Shown here: positions 39,467-51,701 of the stretch, piece after piece | Numbering within the stretch: the first letter of the stretch is position 1 | Layout of the letters: the number at the start of each line of letters is the position of its first letter | DNA from: Dimorphilus gyrociliatus | Taxonomy: Eukaryota > Animalia > Annelida | DNA length: 64,000 bases | Direction of reading: 5' to 3' | Assembly (NCBI GenBank): GCA_904063045.1 | Contig: CAJFCJ010000019.1 | Location: 2,796,684 to 2,860,683, forward strand | Notes under the pieces: model-generated | What the model saw: only the letters and a program-made list of their open reading frames with translations | Database searches by the model: none | Told to the model about the DNA's origin: nothing | Program-made: the position numbers and the translations under genes

Positions 39467-40852
39467 TCAAGAAAAGTCTAGGTAGAACGAAGATACCATT
39501 TGTCTGTTTGCCAAGAACAACCTTTTAGCATTCGGGCAATATTGCATGTGGAAAATATTCGCAAGCGAATAATTGAGAGTATCCATTCGTTCACCAAGAT
39601 AATTAAACAATATTATTGTCTTTTGAAATTCGCTATTAGCCAAAAAATAGCTATCGTTTATCTGACAAAGACAATTTGGTTCATCAATGTCAATTTTTCG
39701 TAGACACTTTCCGTCCTCTAGTGAACGAATATGAATGCTATTCGAATAGGAATCAGTAACAAATATTCTACCTTTCAATAGTAGAACCTCACTTAAACTT
39801 CTAAATCCTTTTTCTGTCCATAAGATTTTTCCATCTTTTATACGCATGATATGAGACTTACTAGTCGCTACTATATCTTTATGACCAACAGAGCGGAAAT
39901 TTTGCAGTTCATGCAGGAATTTACTAACAGATAGTTTCTTGACGTGTTTGGTTTGTAAATTAAATTTAACTGTTAGACAATTATGCGAATCGTTAAAGTC
40001 ATTCATGTAAACTTTTCCCTTATCAACAAAAGCGTTAGTCAGTTCATGATCGTGTTTAGAAAATATTTGTCCATTTTCAAGATTGAAATCTTGCTTTACA
40101 ATTGTAAAACTTTTATTCGGATAGATTCTCTCTTCCAAAGTATATAAATGTGAATTTATAAAAAATATTCCCCGGATAGAAATATCTTTTTGTTCAAAAT
40201 TTACTGTCCTCGAATTTTCTGTTAGATCAAAATTTTCTTTTGTTTCAACTTGCCTTACTTTTCCTAAATTAAAATCTGCTTCTATAAATTTTATTGAGGT
40301 TTTGACGACTTGTTTAAAAAGTTGACAATTGGCTATATCAGATGAGGATTTGGAAGTTGCTTGAAACTGTAAACTCGGTTGATTCATATTTTGTTTTTCC
40401 TGTTGAATCTGAAAAAATCTTTCAACTTGCATTTTTAATTCTGAGTTATTTTTATGAACGTCAGTTTTCATAAAAGATTCTAATCTATCCACTTGTAAAT
40501 CAATTTGATTCATAATCATTTGTCTTGTTCCAGCCACATTTGCATCATCTATCTTCAATCTCTTCTCTATGTCGTACTCTTTATTTTGATTTTGTTTTAC
40601 TGCATTTGAAAACATAATATTTCTAGGTAACTTACTCACATCACGTGAGACTAAAGGATGAGCCGTTCGACAACTAGGGCAGGTCAGAATATATTTTCCA
40701 TTGTATCTCACTAAATTTTGTATGCATTTGGAGCAGAATGTATGACTGCAGTGTAATAGTATTGGGTCTTTATGAATCCAACATGTTAGACAAATAGCAC
40801 ACATAACATCTTCCTCTGGAACACTCCAAAACTTGGGCATTTTCATAAACAA
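39467..40852 (-). CDS. Intronless RING-HC E3 ligase with coiled-coil and degenerate NHL-like beta-propeller (TRIM-like, no B-box seen)
   Basis: 461 aa ORF. C3HC4 motif CAIC...CSHTFCSKC...CPSCR. The C-terminal half is rich in beta-strand repeats (IFVTDSYSNSIHI, FLANSEFQKTIILF). Confidence 0.75.
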   Translation of the reverse strand: MFMKMPKFWSVPEEDVMCAICLTCWIHKDPILLHCSHTFCSKCIQNLVRYNGKYILTCPSCRTAHPLVSRDVSKLPRNIMFSNAVKQNQNKEYDIEKRLKIDDANVAGTRQMIMNQIDLQVDRLESFMKTDVHKNNSELKMQVERFFQIQQEKQNMNQPSLQFQATSKSSSDIANCQLFKQVVKTSIKFIEADFNLGKVRQVETKENFDLTENSRTVNFEQKDISIRGIFFINSHLYTLEERIYPNKSFTIVKQDFNLENGQIFSKHDHELTNAFVDKGKVYMNDFNDSHNCLTVKFNLQTKHVKKLSVSKFLHELQNFRSVGHKDIVATSKSHIMRIKDGKILWTEKGFRSLSEVLLLKGRIFVTDSYSNSIHIRSLEDGKCLRKIDIDEPNCLCQINDSYFLANSEFQKTIILFNYLGERMDTLNYSLANIFHMQYCPNAKRLFLANRQMVSSFYLDFS

Positions 40853-42074
40853 ATTCTCTAAACAAAATATTATTGGCTGTTTGTTTCACTACTGTGTGAA
40901 GGCCATTTTTATTGACTAATGTCGCTAACGCCATCTGCATATTTTTACTGATGGTTAAAACATATACTGTATAAAAACTCGCACTACATTTATATCAGAA
41001 CGTTTAACCAAACTTCTTTTTATAACTTTTACTATAATAACCATTATATATAAAAAATATTTGCTAATTTCCCTTATTATCGCTGTTAAAGATAAATCTC
41101 AAAACAATATAAAAACTTACATTATACAGCAATATTTTTCAAATTCATTAAGCTTATATATTTAATTAAACACTCTTAATTCATATATTATCCCCAACCG
41201 ATTGTTAAAATAATGATTTTCAACAACCTCTTTTCCAGTAGCAATCTTTACTGAATGACTCAAGTGAAAAAATCCTTTATTTTTTTAATTAAAATTTCTA
41301 ATTTAGAAAATATTTAGTCTAAAAAAAGTAATTGGAAAATGCTAAAGTATTTTAAGAAAAGGGTAAAAAAAAAAGATGGTCAACTTCTCTGATTGAATAT
41401 AGTCTTTTGTTTATTTTATTTTACTCTATAATACTCTAAAATAAAAAAAAAACACGATTTTTTTATTATTATCAATGAAATAGATTAATTATTTATTTTA
41501 ATTAGTAAATTTTGGTAATTAATAATGTTACAAATTAATTATACTTGTTTACCTAATATTAGATATGGGATAGCCAATCAGATCCATGTTTTAGGAATGA
41601 CCATTAACGGTTCGTGATTGCAAAGTGACCATTAACCTCCAGGGAGTCATCAGTTACTGATTAACTACCGATTTTAAATAGCCTGAAACAGATATTTGGT
41701 AATTTTTTTTCCATAGTAAAGTTAGCGTAACTAATCGATAAATGAATTATTAAAACTATTTTAAATTTAATCTCTAGATACATTCTTTTGAAAATTAAAT
41801 TAAATGGCGATGTATTAACCGTTGAAAATCGGTTGATTTCGCTTATAAGTTCATAAATAAGTTAAATTTTTGGGCTAAACTTGAATTAAATGTGTAATTT
41901 TATTAATAAATATTGATAAATCAAAGTATACTTAGAAAAATTATAATAAAATAGGTTATTAAATAAAATATTCTTGTTGTTCCGACGTTGGCGCCAAAAT
42001 TTACTGCGTAGTTCGTCTATTTGCGCATGTTTACTTACTCCATAGCTTATATTTTCTTCTAAATAGATTTGAAA

Positions 42075-43048
42075 ATGAATAGAAAATATTACGTAAGTCA
42101 CGAAGAACTAGTCGATTCTTACTCAGATGAACTTGTTAAAATGGCTAGATGTAACAAAAGATCTGTAAATAGCAATCCAGAACCCAGAATAAAATTACAC
42201 TTTAAGAGAACTATACCAAGAAGTGTTTCATCTAATTTATTCAGTCAGAAAGTATTTATCGGTGGAGCTCCTCCACACATGACCGACTTAGATATTAATG
42301 AAGCATTCTCAAAGTATGGCAACTTTAAAGTTGAAAAGAAGAAAGCTACAGATGTTAACAATTTCTTCTACCTTATATATGAATCCAGTGCCTGTGTAAA
42401 GAATTTACTCAATTCTTGCGCTAAAAATACAGTCGGCGAGTATTTTACATCTTTAGGTAGCCAAACAGTGCAAGTCATTCCTTGGGAAATTAATAATTCT
42501 CATTTTGTGCCAACGAATAATCAAACTCTTCTCGACAACAAAAAAGTAATTTTTGTCGGAGGTCTGCACGGAAAAATGACAGCCAAGTTTCTAGCAGACA
42601 TATTTAGCGGTTTTGGACAAATTGTTATGGTTACGATAGATGTTGACAAGTTCAAGTACCCAATTGGATCGGGAAGAGTGGCCTTTGCCGACAACGACGG
42701 TAAGAAAGAAGATACAGTTAATTGTTTATTTAAAACTTATTATCATTTCCCTTAGGCTATCGCAGAGCTATTGCCGAAGAGTTTGTTGATGTTCAAACTC
42801 CCGAGTTTAAAAAAACTATTCAAATTACTCCCCAACTTGAAGATTCTATGTGCACTTTTTGTCAAGAGCGAGCAGGGCCCTTCTTTTGTAAAAATTTCGC
42901 TTGTTATCGCTACTTTTGTACACTCTGCTGGAAGATAAGACATTCGGAGAAAGGATTTGATCAGCATCAACCATTAATGAGAAATAGCAAGCATAAACCA
43001 AAACTTGGTCCAGTCTTGTCAAGTCTTTCTAACCTTTCAATCTCCTAA
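42075..43048 (+). CDS. CPEB1: CPEB1/Orb-subfamily RNA-binding protein (RRM1-RRM2-ZZ), about 305 aa, intron 42700-42755
   Basis: KVFIGG, VQVIPW, FVGGLHG, DKFKYPIGSGRVAF and ZZ domain CTFC...C...C..YFCTLCW..RH...H.PLMRN. The true N-terminus is uncertain. Confidence 0.88.
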
Positions 43049-43915
43049 TTGAGAGAAATTTGTCCCTTTTTTTTTAATAAGGCTTATATTAAAGTCTCTG
43101 TTTCTTTTTTTTCGTTTTCCATAGTTCGAATTTTAAAGTTTTACTAACAACGAAAATATTTTTATATTTCTTTTTACTACTTTATTTGTTTTATTCCTTT
43201 GAACCATTTTTTAAACAAAGATATTAACTCTCAAGATTTTGAAATAGATTTTTGTTTGTATCTTACAAACTTGAAATCTTTCATTGCAAAACCAATCTTT
43301 TTTGATAATTTCTTGAGATGATATTTTGTTTTATGTACATATTTAACAAATTTTTATAAGTGACAAAGAAAGCAATTATTAACTTGTTTATTATTTTTTT
43401 CTTTATTTTCTAATACATTATCTTTTTTTTTTATGGGATCATTCATTATTTTTCTTTGATAGTAACAATATTTAATATACAAGTTAGACATCCAAAATAT
43501 TACGCTAAAGTTATTAAAAAAGAGTTGAGTCAACTTTTAAATTTATTGACCAAATATCAAATTAACTTTTAATCCCCATATATATTGGTCTACCTTTTAG
43601 ATACGGTGAATGTGATGAAATTTGAGCGTCTGTAAGTAAAAATCTAGCATTATTTTCTTAAATATTATTGTCAAACGATGAAATTTAATACTGTTTCTTC
43701 ACCCCCCAATCCTTACATAGACTAATGCATTAAAGTGAACACGAAATACTTATTTGCGAATAAGCCAGATTCTCTTTTGGGTAAACTCACAACTTCCATA
43801 TTTCCGTAAGCCTTTACACAACAGGCCTACAAAACCATTTAAAAAGAATACCTGTTGTTCAATCACTATTCAGTCTGTTCAAGATCAAACTTTGTACACG
43901 GCTCATAAAACGGTA

Positions 43916-44925
43916 ATGTCTCAGTACATCTGCAAATTTGATGATGAAACAGCAAAGAAAGCTGAGAAAGAATTAAATGAAACACCAACTGTCAGAAAGG
44001 AATCGATTGAGAATCTAAGAGCTAAATTGAAAAGAAATAATCTACTCGTATGTCCTGTTGAGGATGATAAGTATCTTTTGAAATTTCTGAGACGAAGTAA
44101 ATTTGACGTAGAAAAAGCTGAATATCTTTTAACGAATTACTTCAGAATTAAATCGGAACATCCGAAATTCTGTAGTAACATCTTACCGTCAGCAATTGAA
44201 ATATTTCTTCAACAAAAAGTTTCTTGTATATTACCTGGCCGTACTGAAGATGGCTGTGCTGTTTATATGCTAAGACCAGGTAACTGGAATCCCGATTTAA
44301 CGGATCTTTCCTATATGTACAAGTTACACATTCTGAACCTCGAATGGCTTTTGGCAAACTACGAGGAAGTTCAAGTACACGGGATTCACGTTATTGCTGA
44401 CCTTGAACAGGTGGGATGGAGTCAAGTTCGAAATTTCAGTAAGGAATATGCTCTATTAATGACCAGCTTATATCAAGATGCTTTTCCTCTAAGAATGAAA
44501 GGTAGGTGTCATTCAAATTCTGTGATGTGTTTATTACTAGTAATGAACCTTTCCTTCCTATCATAGGTTTCCATTTTGTTGCTGAACCGAAAGTTTTCTC
44601 TTATCTCTTTGCTATAATTAAACCGTTTTTGAAATCCAAATTCCTATCGCGAATTGTTACTCACGGCTATAATCTGGAATCTCTTCATTCTCACATTAGA
44701 AAAGAGATCCTACCTGCACACTTGGAAGGATTCGCTGGTACATGGGAGGATATATATGATAATCATGTAAAAATTTTAAGAGAAAATGAGCAATTTTATT
44801 CTGAAATTGGTAACTATAAATTGCATCAGAGTACCGCTGTTGGAAATACTGGAAAGAGCACCGAACAGGTCGGTGACGGAAGAGCGGGAGTATCTGGAAC
44901 CTTTCAAAAGCTTAACGTAGATTAG
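43916..44925 (+). CDS. CRAL-TRIO lipid-binding protein (alpha-tocopherol transfer protein/RLBP1/clavesin-like), intron 44502-44566
   Basis: AEKELNET, DDKYLLKFLRRSKFDVEKA, QVHGIHVIADL, FPLRMK|GFHFV, LHSHIRKEILPAHLEG, GTFQKLNVD. Confidence 0.92.
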
Positions 44926-47900
44926 AGCTTTGAGGAAAAATCGTGGTTAATGAATTTCTTCAAATGTATACTTTTTATTTTAATATAAACATGTTCCTAT
45001 AAAGAAATCGTGCTTTTCAATAAGTTTCAACAGTATACAAACTTGCACCTTATCCAATCGTTCATTCATTTCTTCATTATATTTAATCATTTATTTAATA
45101 AGTGTAAACCGAACTGTTAGAAAACGTGTTCCCCACTCTAAACTTTGCTTAATTTTTAATATTAATACTTTTCAAATATAAATTGTCTATTTGTTGTGTA
45201 TAAGTTATACCTTTAGTGCACTTTGAAAGAAACTAAGATTTCCGCGCACCCTATTGCCATCTAGTGATTTATTTCGTATCGTTTTCTAGGACAGGGAAAT
45301 TTTTTTATATTAAAGATAATATTGAGCTTTGAAAGTATAGTGACGATTTATATAAATTTTAGGCGAAGGTTCGAAAATTTTTAAAGTTTTAGCCTAAAAG
45401 AACAAACTTTGTATCATTCTTTCTCACGATCATTTATGAAATTTGAGCAGTTTTTTCTTTATGTACATTTATATTATGCAAACTTTATAACATTCACATA
45501 ATGAAAGTAAAATTCATGCTGATTATGACATTTAACATCTAAGGGAAAATTCGCACATAGCTATGCAGATTTTAATGACTCTTTTGTCTCATTCTTACGA
45601 TTATGAATTATTAATATCAGTGTGTATCTATTTAACAGGAACAGCTACTTTAGACAGTGGGGCTTTTGAATTGGGCACACACACCTTTCTAGAAAGAACT
45701 AAGTAGAATTCGCAAACATCAATTAGTTTTCTATGTAGCTAAGTTGAAGATAGAATGGGAGTGGTAAAATACATATTCTTAATATAACGTATTAAAGGTA
45801 TGCTTATAGATGGAAGACTAGAGCTGTTAATGGTCTTAAAGTGCTGGTTACAAAAGAATTCAATGTACATGTAGGCGTTAGATCTCTTCCGCACCAAAGC
45901 TTAAGATTAGCTGTTGAAAAGTATATCCCTTCGAGGAAAATTTGCTTGTAAAGAACAAATAAAATACTAAGAATTTTAATGTCTTCCTAATCCATTAAAG
46001 GTTTGAAGAATGTACCTGGGATTTGGTTGGTTGGTTTTTTATGACTACTTTCTCAAAAGAGGAGAGAAGTGGGTGTCAATTCTATTCGAAATTGATACGA
46101 CATGTATTAATTATCGCTTTTTAGAAAAAATAAGCTTTTACAGTTGTTTTTCTGAACTTCCATTCACAAGTATCGATCTCTACACATTAGCAAATTCTAG
46201 TTACGTCATAGGAAAACATCGATAAAGAATTATGAATAGGAAAATATTCTATCTAGATTTAAATTGCTTAAAGTACACTAAAAAGTTCTGCTGACATAAA
46301 TTTATACTCTATGGGATTTAAGATTTATCTCCACTTCTGACACAATATTTTACCAATTAATAAACATCTTCAGAACTCTCCCACATCGAAAGTAGCTAAG
46401 GCCTAATCGTAAATCAATTGTTGTTGTTACGATAAAAAAGCACAAGTCCTGTCAAGCATTTTTATATATACGCTAGTGTTACAGTTATCCGAGCAACCTA
46501 ACGTTGACTCAGTCCGTTGTCAAAGTTGCGAATCAATGTGATTCAAGCTTATCACATATTGTATATACAAGAGCTCGTTCGTGGTTAATTCTAAGTTATG
46601 GCAAAAGAAGAAGGATCGTCGCTCATTTGGTTTACTATTACAAAAGAGGAAGAAGGACAGGAAAAGAAAATAGAAGGTTAGACTTCTAAACACTTGTTTG
46701 AAAAAGTCTTTTTTGTGTTTTTGCCAATATTCTTTGCTATGTATTTGAAGTGTTTAGCCGAAATAGGCCGCTATTACTCCGGATTAAATCGAATGATTTA
46801 GCAGGGATAACAGCTTATGAACTAATAGAGCTTATTTCCTAAAAAACAGTTAAATAAAACTCGTAATTATCGCTAACATTAGGCCAACCGAGCATATAAA
46901 ATGCTAGTTCTTGCTTTGTACGGAAATCGGTTCGATTGATCGCGAACGGTCAATTGAACGCTAAAGCCATTTGAATTAAAAGCGATTTTCATAAGTCGTA
47001 AAAGTTCTTTAGAAGCAACTCGTTATGACGTCATAACCCTTTCGAAAATTGGCCATGATCCAATTTAAGAGCGTTTTTTTTTATTTTGTTTTTCAATAAA
47101 GATTTATACTTTTCGAGTATACAAGAAGTAGAAAAAGGAGACGATATAACATGCTTAATCTAGTCGAAAACGAGACCCAGGCTAAAATTTCGAACAATTA
47201 ATCGAATAGATGTTGGTAGATATGCTGATCAAAGGTTTAGATAATTATAACATTCCGCACTTTTCTACTAGATTAAATACTTTTATAATGCAAAAGGTCA
47301 ATTTTTTTACTAATCCTGATTATGTTGAAGCTTTTTAACTAAAAATTAATAAAACTTTCCAGTCAATTTAATTTAAAAAGCTATAAAGCTTATTGGATTT
47401 AGAGCCGCTCATTTGAAAAAAAAAGTTTAATGCTTAGAATTAATTACCGCCCTTATGACACAAATTCCTGTTGAATAATAGAAAAAGTTAGCGAAGACTA
47501 CTGTTTTTGTTTCGTTAAAAAAAGTGACTCGCTTGTTGTTTTGAAACAATGAATAAATATAATTGTTTAAAAACAACGTGGGAGAGGATAGACGCTTGTA
47601 TGAATCGTATGAATGAATTTTTTTATGAATGATTGTCCGCCTGCCGCAAGAGTGCATTCTATTACAAAAGATAGAAGGTTATAAAGTAGCCAATAAACAC
47701 AATTGAACTGGAGAGGAAAGGGCGAAAAAAGTACTGTTATATGAATTTTCTTAAAGTAAAACCTAACGAGCTATCGAATAGCACTTGAACAAGTTGATTA
47801 TAAACAACTAAACGGTAAGCTTATAATAAACGGCCGACAATAACCAATCAGAAGGTACGTCACTAAGCTTGATAGGCTTGGTTTCATTGTCAACACTTTA

Positions 47901-48206
47901 ATCGAATTACCCATAAGTTCAGAGCGCCAACTCGATTCCGCTTGATCACTTGTAAAAATCTTGACTGACGTTTATTGACTGTAATTCAATTTCGATCAGT
48001 GTGTTTGTAAAAAGCTGACTGTTTGTTTCAGTCTTAGTTACGCTTAACGGTTCGTTGAGTGAATACTGTTTTCAGTTTTGTTTTACTTTTTCTTGAGAGT
48101 GAACTCATTTTTAGCTAAACAAATAAAGATTGACGAAAAATAATAAATCGGATATTATTCAAGAAATGATTTCATTTAAATTCTCTTCTATTATATTCAC
48201 TCAATA

Positions 48207-49921
48207 ATGGAGACAAATTTTACAGAAGAACGAAAGAAAATGGCTGGTGAAGATGTATTCCGAACAGAATGCAAATATGATGATGGTTAGTCTTTTTTTA
48301 TAAATAAAAAGTAAATGCAAAGAGATTAAAATTGTTTATTTTCTATAATACCACTAGATATTGTGATATTTAACCACAATGATAAAGATATAGTAGCTTA
48401 AGGTTGTCCTTTGTATATACAGTATCTAACAAACATTTTTCAATAGCTTTGTTAACAAAATTTTAAGTATATTTATTTTGTACGTTAAGAATGAATCCTT
48501 GAGAACATAGATATATTGTAATCGACACACTCCCCTCTTCAGAGAATAGTTTGTGAACTTAATTCTTCGTACCCTTTCAAGTTTCTTTTTATCTTTTTTA
48601 GAAAAAGAAGAAAAAGTAATTGAAGATGCTAATACAGGCTCGGTAAGTTCAATGGGGCGTGTGAAGAGTTTTTGCCTTTTATATTTTAATTGAAAAGTGA
48701 ATTTTAAATCTTTAGCCTCTGAAAAGTATTTCTCCTGAACGTCGATTATCAGTAGAGTCGACAGGAAGTAATTCAAGTGCAAGTCGTATATCTCAAGTCT
48801 ACTTGTCGAGGAAACAAACGCCAGTAAAACTCAATAATGGTGCTCAAGACTCTGAATACAGTGCCGATGAACTTCTACAGGATTTCTTATCCAAGAACAG
48901 TTTAACAAACGTTTCACCTACGACTGTAAAAATACTCATAAATAAGGCTGTTCAATGCCTTGTTGGAGAAAATACAAAACTTACCACAAAAATTGAAAAA
49001 CTAGAAGAAGAAAAAGCTAAAATGCTATCTGATATTCAAGACTCTTCTGGATCTTTAGATTCTAAATTAAGAGAAGAAGAAGAAAAGTGCAAAAAATTAG
49101 TATTACAGTTAGAAAATATAAAAAATAAAAACGAAATATTAATGAATGAAAATAAAAAAATCATCTCTGATAGAGAAGTTGATGTTGAAAAGTTGAAGAA
49201 TGAATTATCTACCATTCAAAGGGAACTGGAATCAAAAGATCGGGATAATGTGAAATTGAAGAAAGATTTGGATAATATGAAAAACGAATTGACATCCAAA
49301 GAGAGTTCTCTCGCTGCAGCTCAAAGGAAGATGGAGGAATTAAAGGAAAAGAAACCGCCTCCAATTACTACAAAGCAACCTGTAACGCCAGCGTCATCGA
49401 AGAAAAATTATATAGAATTAGAAATTCTTCACGAAGTAGACATGCTAAAAAATGCAAAAGAAGATTGGATAAGAGAAAGGAGAGATCTTGAAAAAAAATA
49501 TTCTACTCTCAATCAGGAAGCTGGAGATTTACAAAGAAAGATTGAGGAGCAGGCCAATGAATTACGCAACGAAAGAAAGCGTCACTCTTTACTAACTCGT
49601 CAATATAACTCTTTAATGGAGGAGAATAATAGACTGAAGCAGAAACTAGGACTTAAACTTGTTTCGAACAATCAGCATAGACAACCAGAAAACGGTCGGT
49701 TATCTGCTAGACAGGACCGCGCTGTTATGATTGTACCTCCTCATAATGTTCATAGAAGTAAAACAGAAATTATAGGATTAAATAACTCCAGACCAATCGG
49801 TTTAGATGGAGAAAGGATATCCGGTAAGAGGTTAGTTGAACGTCCAAGTTCAAGTAAAGCCTCTGTACCATCAAATGGTTTTCCCCAAATACGATCTAAA
49901 TCGAGGGAGAGAATTGGTTAA
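48207..49921 (+). CDS. Uncharacterised coiled-coil protein, 3 exons
   Basis: Exons from ATG 48207, a short KEEKVIEDANTGS exon and the acceptor at 48715 join in frame with the 372 aa ORF. The protein has long E/K/L heptad runs and a basic low-complexity tail. Confidence 0.75.
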
Positions 49922-51260
49922 AGCATTTATCGGATTAAAAAATCAGTATTCATTAGCATTTTTTTCTAACTTATTTATTTATTACCTAAATAGGGAATTT
50001 TCAGTGCCAAATATTTAAAGTATGCATATTTTATTTACACATTGCTTTTAGATACAAATGTAGTTAAGGTAGTAAAGGGGTTGTGTGCATATATTGCATT
50101 TATGAGCAATATTAACAAAAGCATATTTGTAAACATGCATGTTTTGTACTGTACTGTACTTGAATTTTATTAATGTTTTATGTTGATTTAATATTTGCTA
50201 TAATCTGTCTACCTTTTCTTGGAAAACAACTGATAATTTATTTGCACTGCTTGTGCGCACACTGTTAATTGCTGTTCTTTACTGTTAGTCTAACCGGTTT
50301 TTTCTTCCGGTTAAATATTTTTTGAGCTATTTTCCCTTTTAGATAATGGAGAAAAAAAATTGAATTTGTGCCACTGGACAAGATTCCATTCAAACTAGCA
50401 TTGTATCTTTATATATATACTGTATACATATAGTTGGATACTTTTTTTTTAATTCTTCTTAGAAGTAAAGATAGATAACAAGAAACTAAATAATGGATTT
50501 TAACTATACAAGTTTTTAAATGACTGAATAATTTTTTCACAACAATTTTTTAAACACTTTCCAATAACTTCAATACATAAAGTTTATCATATGCTATAAT
50601 AAATACTAAAATTTATGACGTATCATAGGCTATTTACTCCTGGATTGCCATGTAATCAAGAGATTATTTTGATATCAGATTATTTCTCCGATACAAGTTA
50701 ACTAAGCTGTGTTATTACTCAGCAAAAAAATATATTAATATTTTACTATTCCTTTTCGAAATCTCTCTTAGAGAACGACAGATGGAGCTGACTTTTATTT
50801 TGTAATAGGATATTAGAAATTCTATACAAATAATTATTGAAAGATTATACTTTTTCTTTTAATATAATCCTTTAAATAACAAGATTATAGCCAACAAGGA
50901 GTTGATAGGCTATCAACAAAGAAAAAATCATTCGCATCGATTTCTTTAGGGTAATTTTGCAGTATCAACTGAATTGCTTTTAGCCATGTATAAACTTTGG
51001 CAACAGATGTATACAGTTTACAACTCCCGATTGGCTGATATATGCTTTTAAAGAGATTTCTCTCATAGAATCTGATTTGTTCTTTTGCTAACGGGAAATA
51101 GCGAAATTGTAGTATTATCTCATTCAACTACATCCTAGCTTAAGATACGTGACGTGATCGAAAAATGGATTGAATCACCTTTGATTACTATAAATATTCA
51201 ATCGGGGATTTGGCCTAATACTATTAGTTATACCAAATTAATTACTACTTAATCATGGTT

Positions 51261-51333
51261 GCCGGAATAGCTCAGTTGGGAGAGCGTTAGACTGAAGATC
51301 TAAAGGTCCCTGGTTCAATCCCGGGTTCCGGCA
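51261..51333 (+). tRNA. tRNA-Phe (anticodon GAA), intronless
   Basis: GCCGGAATAGCTCAGTTGGGAGAGCGTTAGACTGAAGATCTAAAGGTCCCTGGTTCAATCCCGGGTTCCGGCA folds as a cloverleaf with a GCCGGAA/TTCCGGC acceptor stem and A and B boxes. Confidence 0.98.
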
Positions 51334-51343
51334 GGGTAATTTC

Positions 51344-51348
51344 TTTTT
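51344..51348 (+). terminator. Pol III T-run terminator of tRNA-Phe
   Basis: TTTTT 10 nt downstream of the tRNA 3' end. Confidence 0.7.
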
Positions 51349-51701
51349 GGTGCATTTACAAAATATATCTATGTATAAAGAAAATACATTATTTTGTCTC
51401 TATTTTTTATCTTTTACACATGGCAACTAAATTCTTTCGATGTAAATATATGGCTACTATCTTTGACATAATCAGAACGGTTAAAGTCCCTAGAGGTCTA
51501 AAATATCGAAAGGTTCTTAAAAGCTTTGTAGAACTTGCTTATTTTTTTACAGAGAATTTTCTAAAAGCGGTAGACGAAATAGGAATTTGAGATAACTTTC
51601 ACCGTGGTATATATGAAAAATATTATTATTAACAGATGGCGCTACTGTATGATAACGGAAGTTCTCTAGCAGACCAGTTGAATAATAGTTTAGCGGTAAA
51701 A

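Noticed and set aside
15865-40852. Apparent stress/immune cluster (TRADD-N-like, CARD-CC, PERK, RING-propeller)
   Set aside because: The genes are unrelated and interspersed with metabolic genes, and there is no shared regulatory signature. Proximity is explained by gene density.
43604-43705. GGTGAA...TTCACC stem with a C-box-like GTGATGA, a possible C/D snoRNA
   Set aside because: The 3' box is CTGT and not CTGA, and I could not identify an rRNA-complementary guide.
43754-43915. N-terminal extension of the CRAL-TRIO ORF
   Set aside because: It has a TTG start, and family homology begins at ATG 43916.
45811-45890. TGGAAGACTAG matches the first 11 nt of miR-7
   Set aside because: The rest of the mature sequence does not match and there is no convincing precursor hairpin.
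50885-51127. 80 aa minus-strand ORF near the tRNA
   Set aside because: It has a TTG start, no recognisable domain and no exon partners that I could join in frame.
51636-51701. Upstream ATG extension (MALLYDNG...) of the PDZ exon in the ORF track
   Set aside because: That ATG lies inside the CTCF-like motif and the PDZ homology begins at ATG 51702, which I took as the start. The extension is not excluded.
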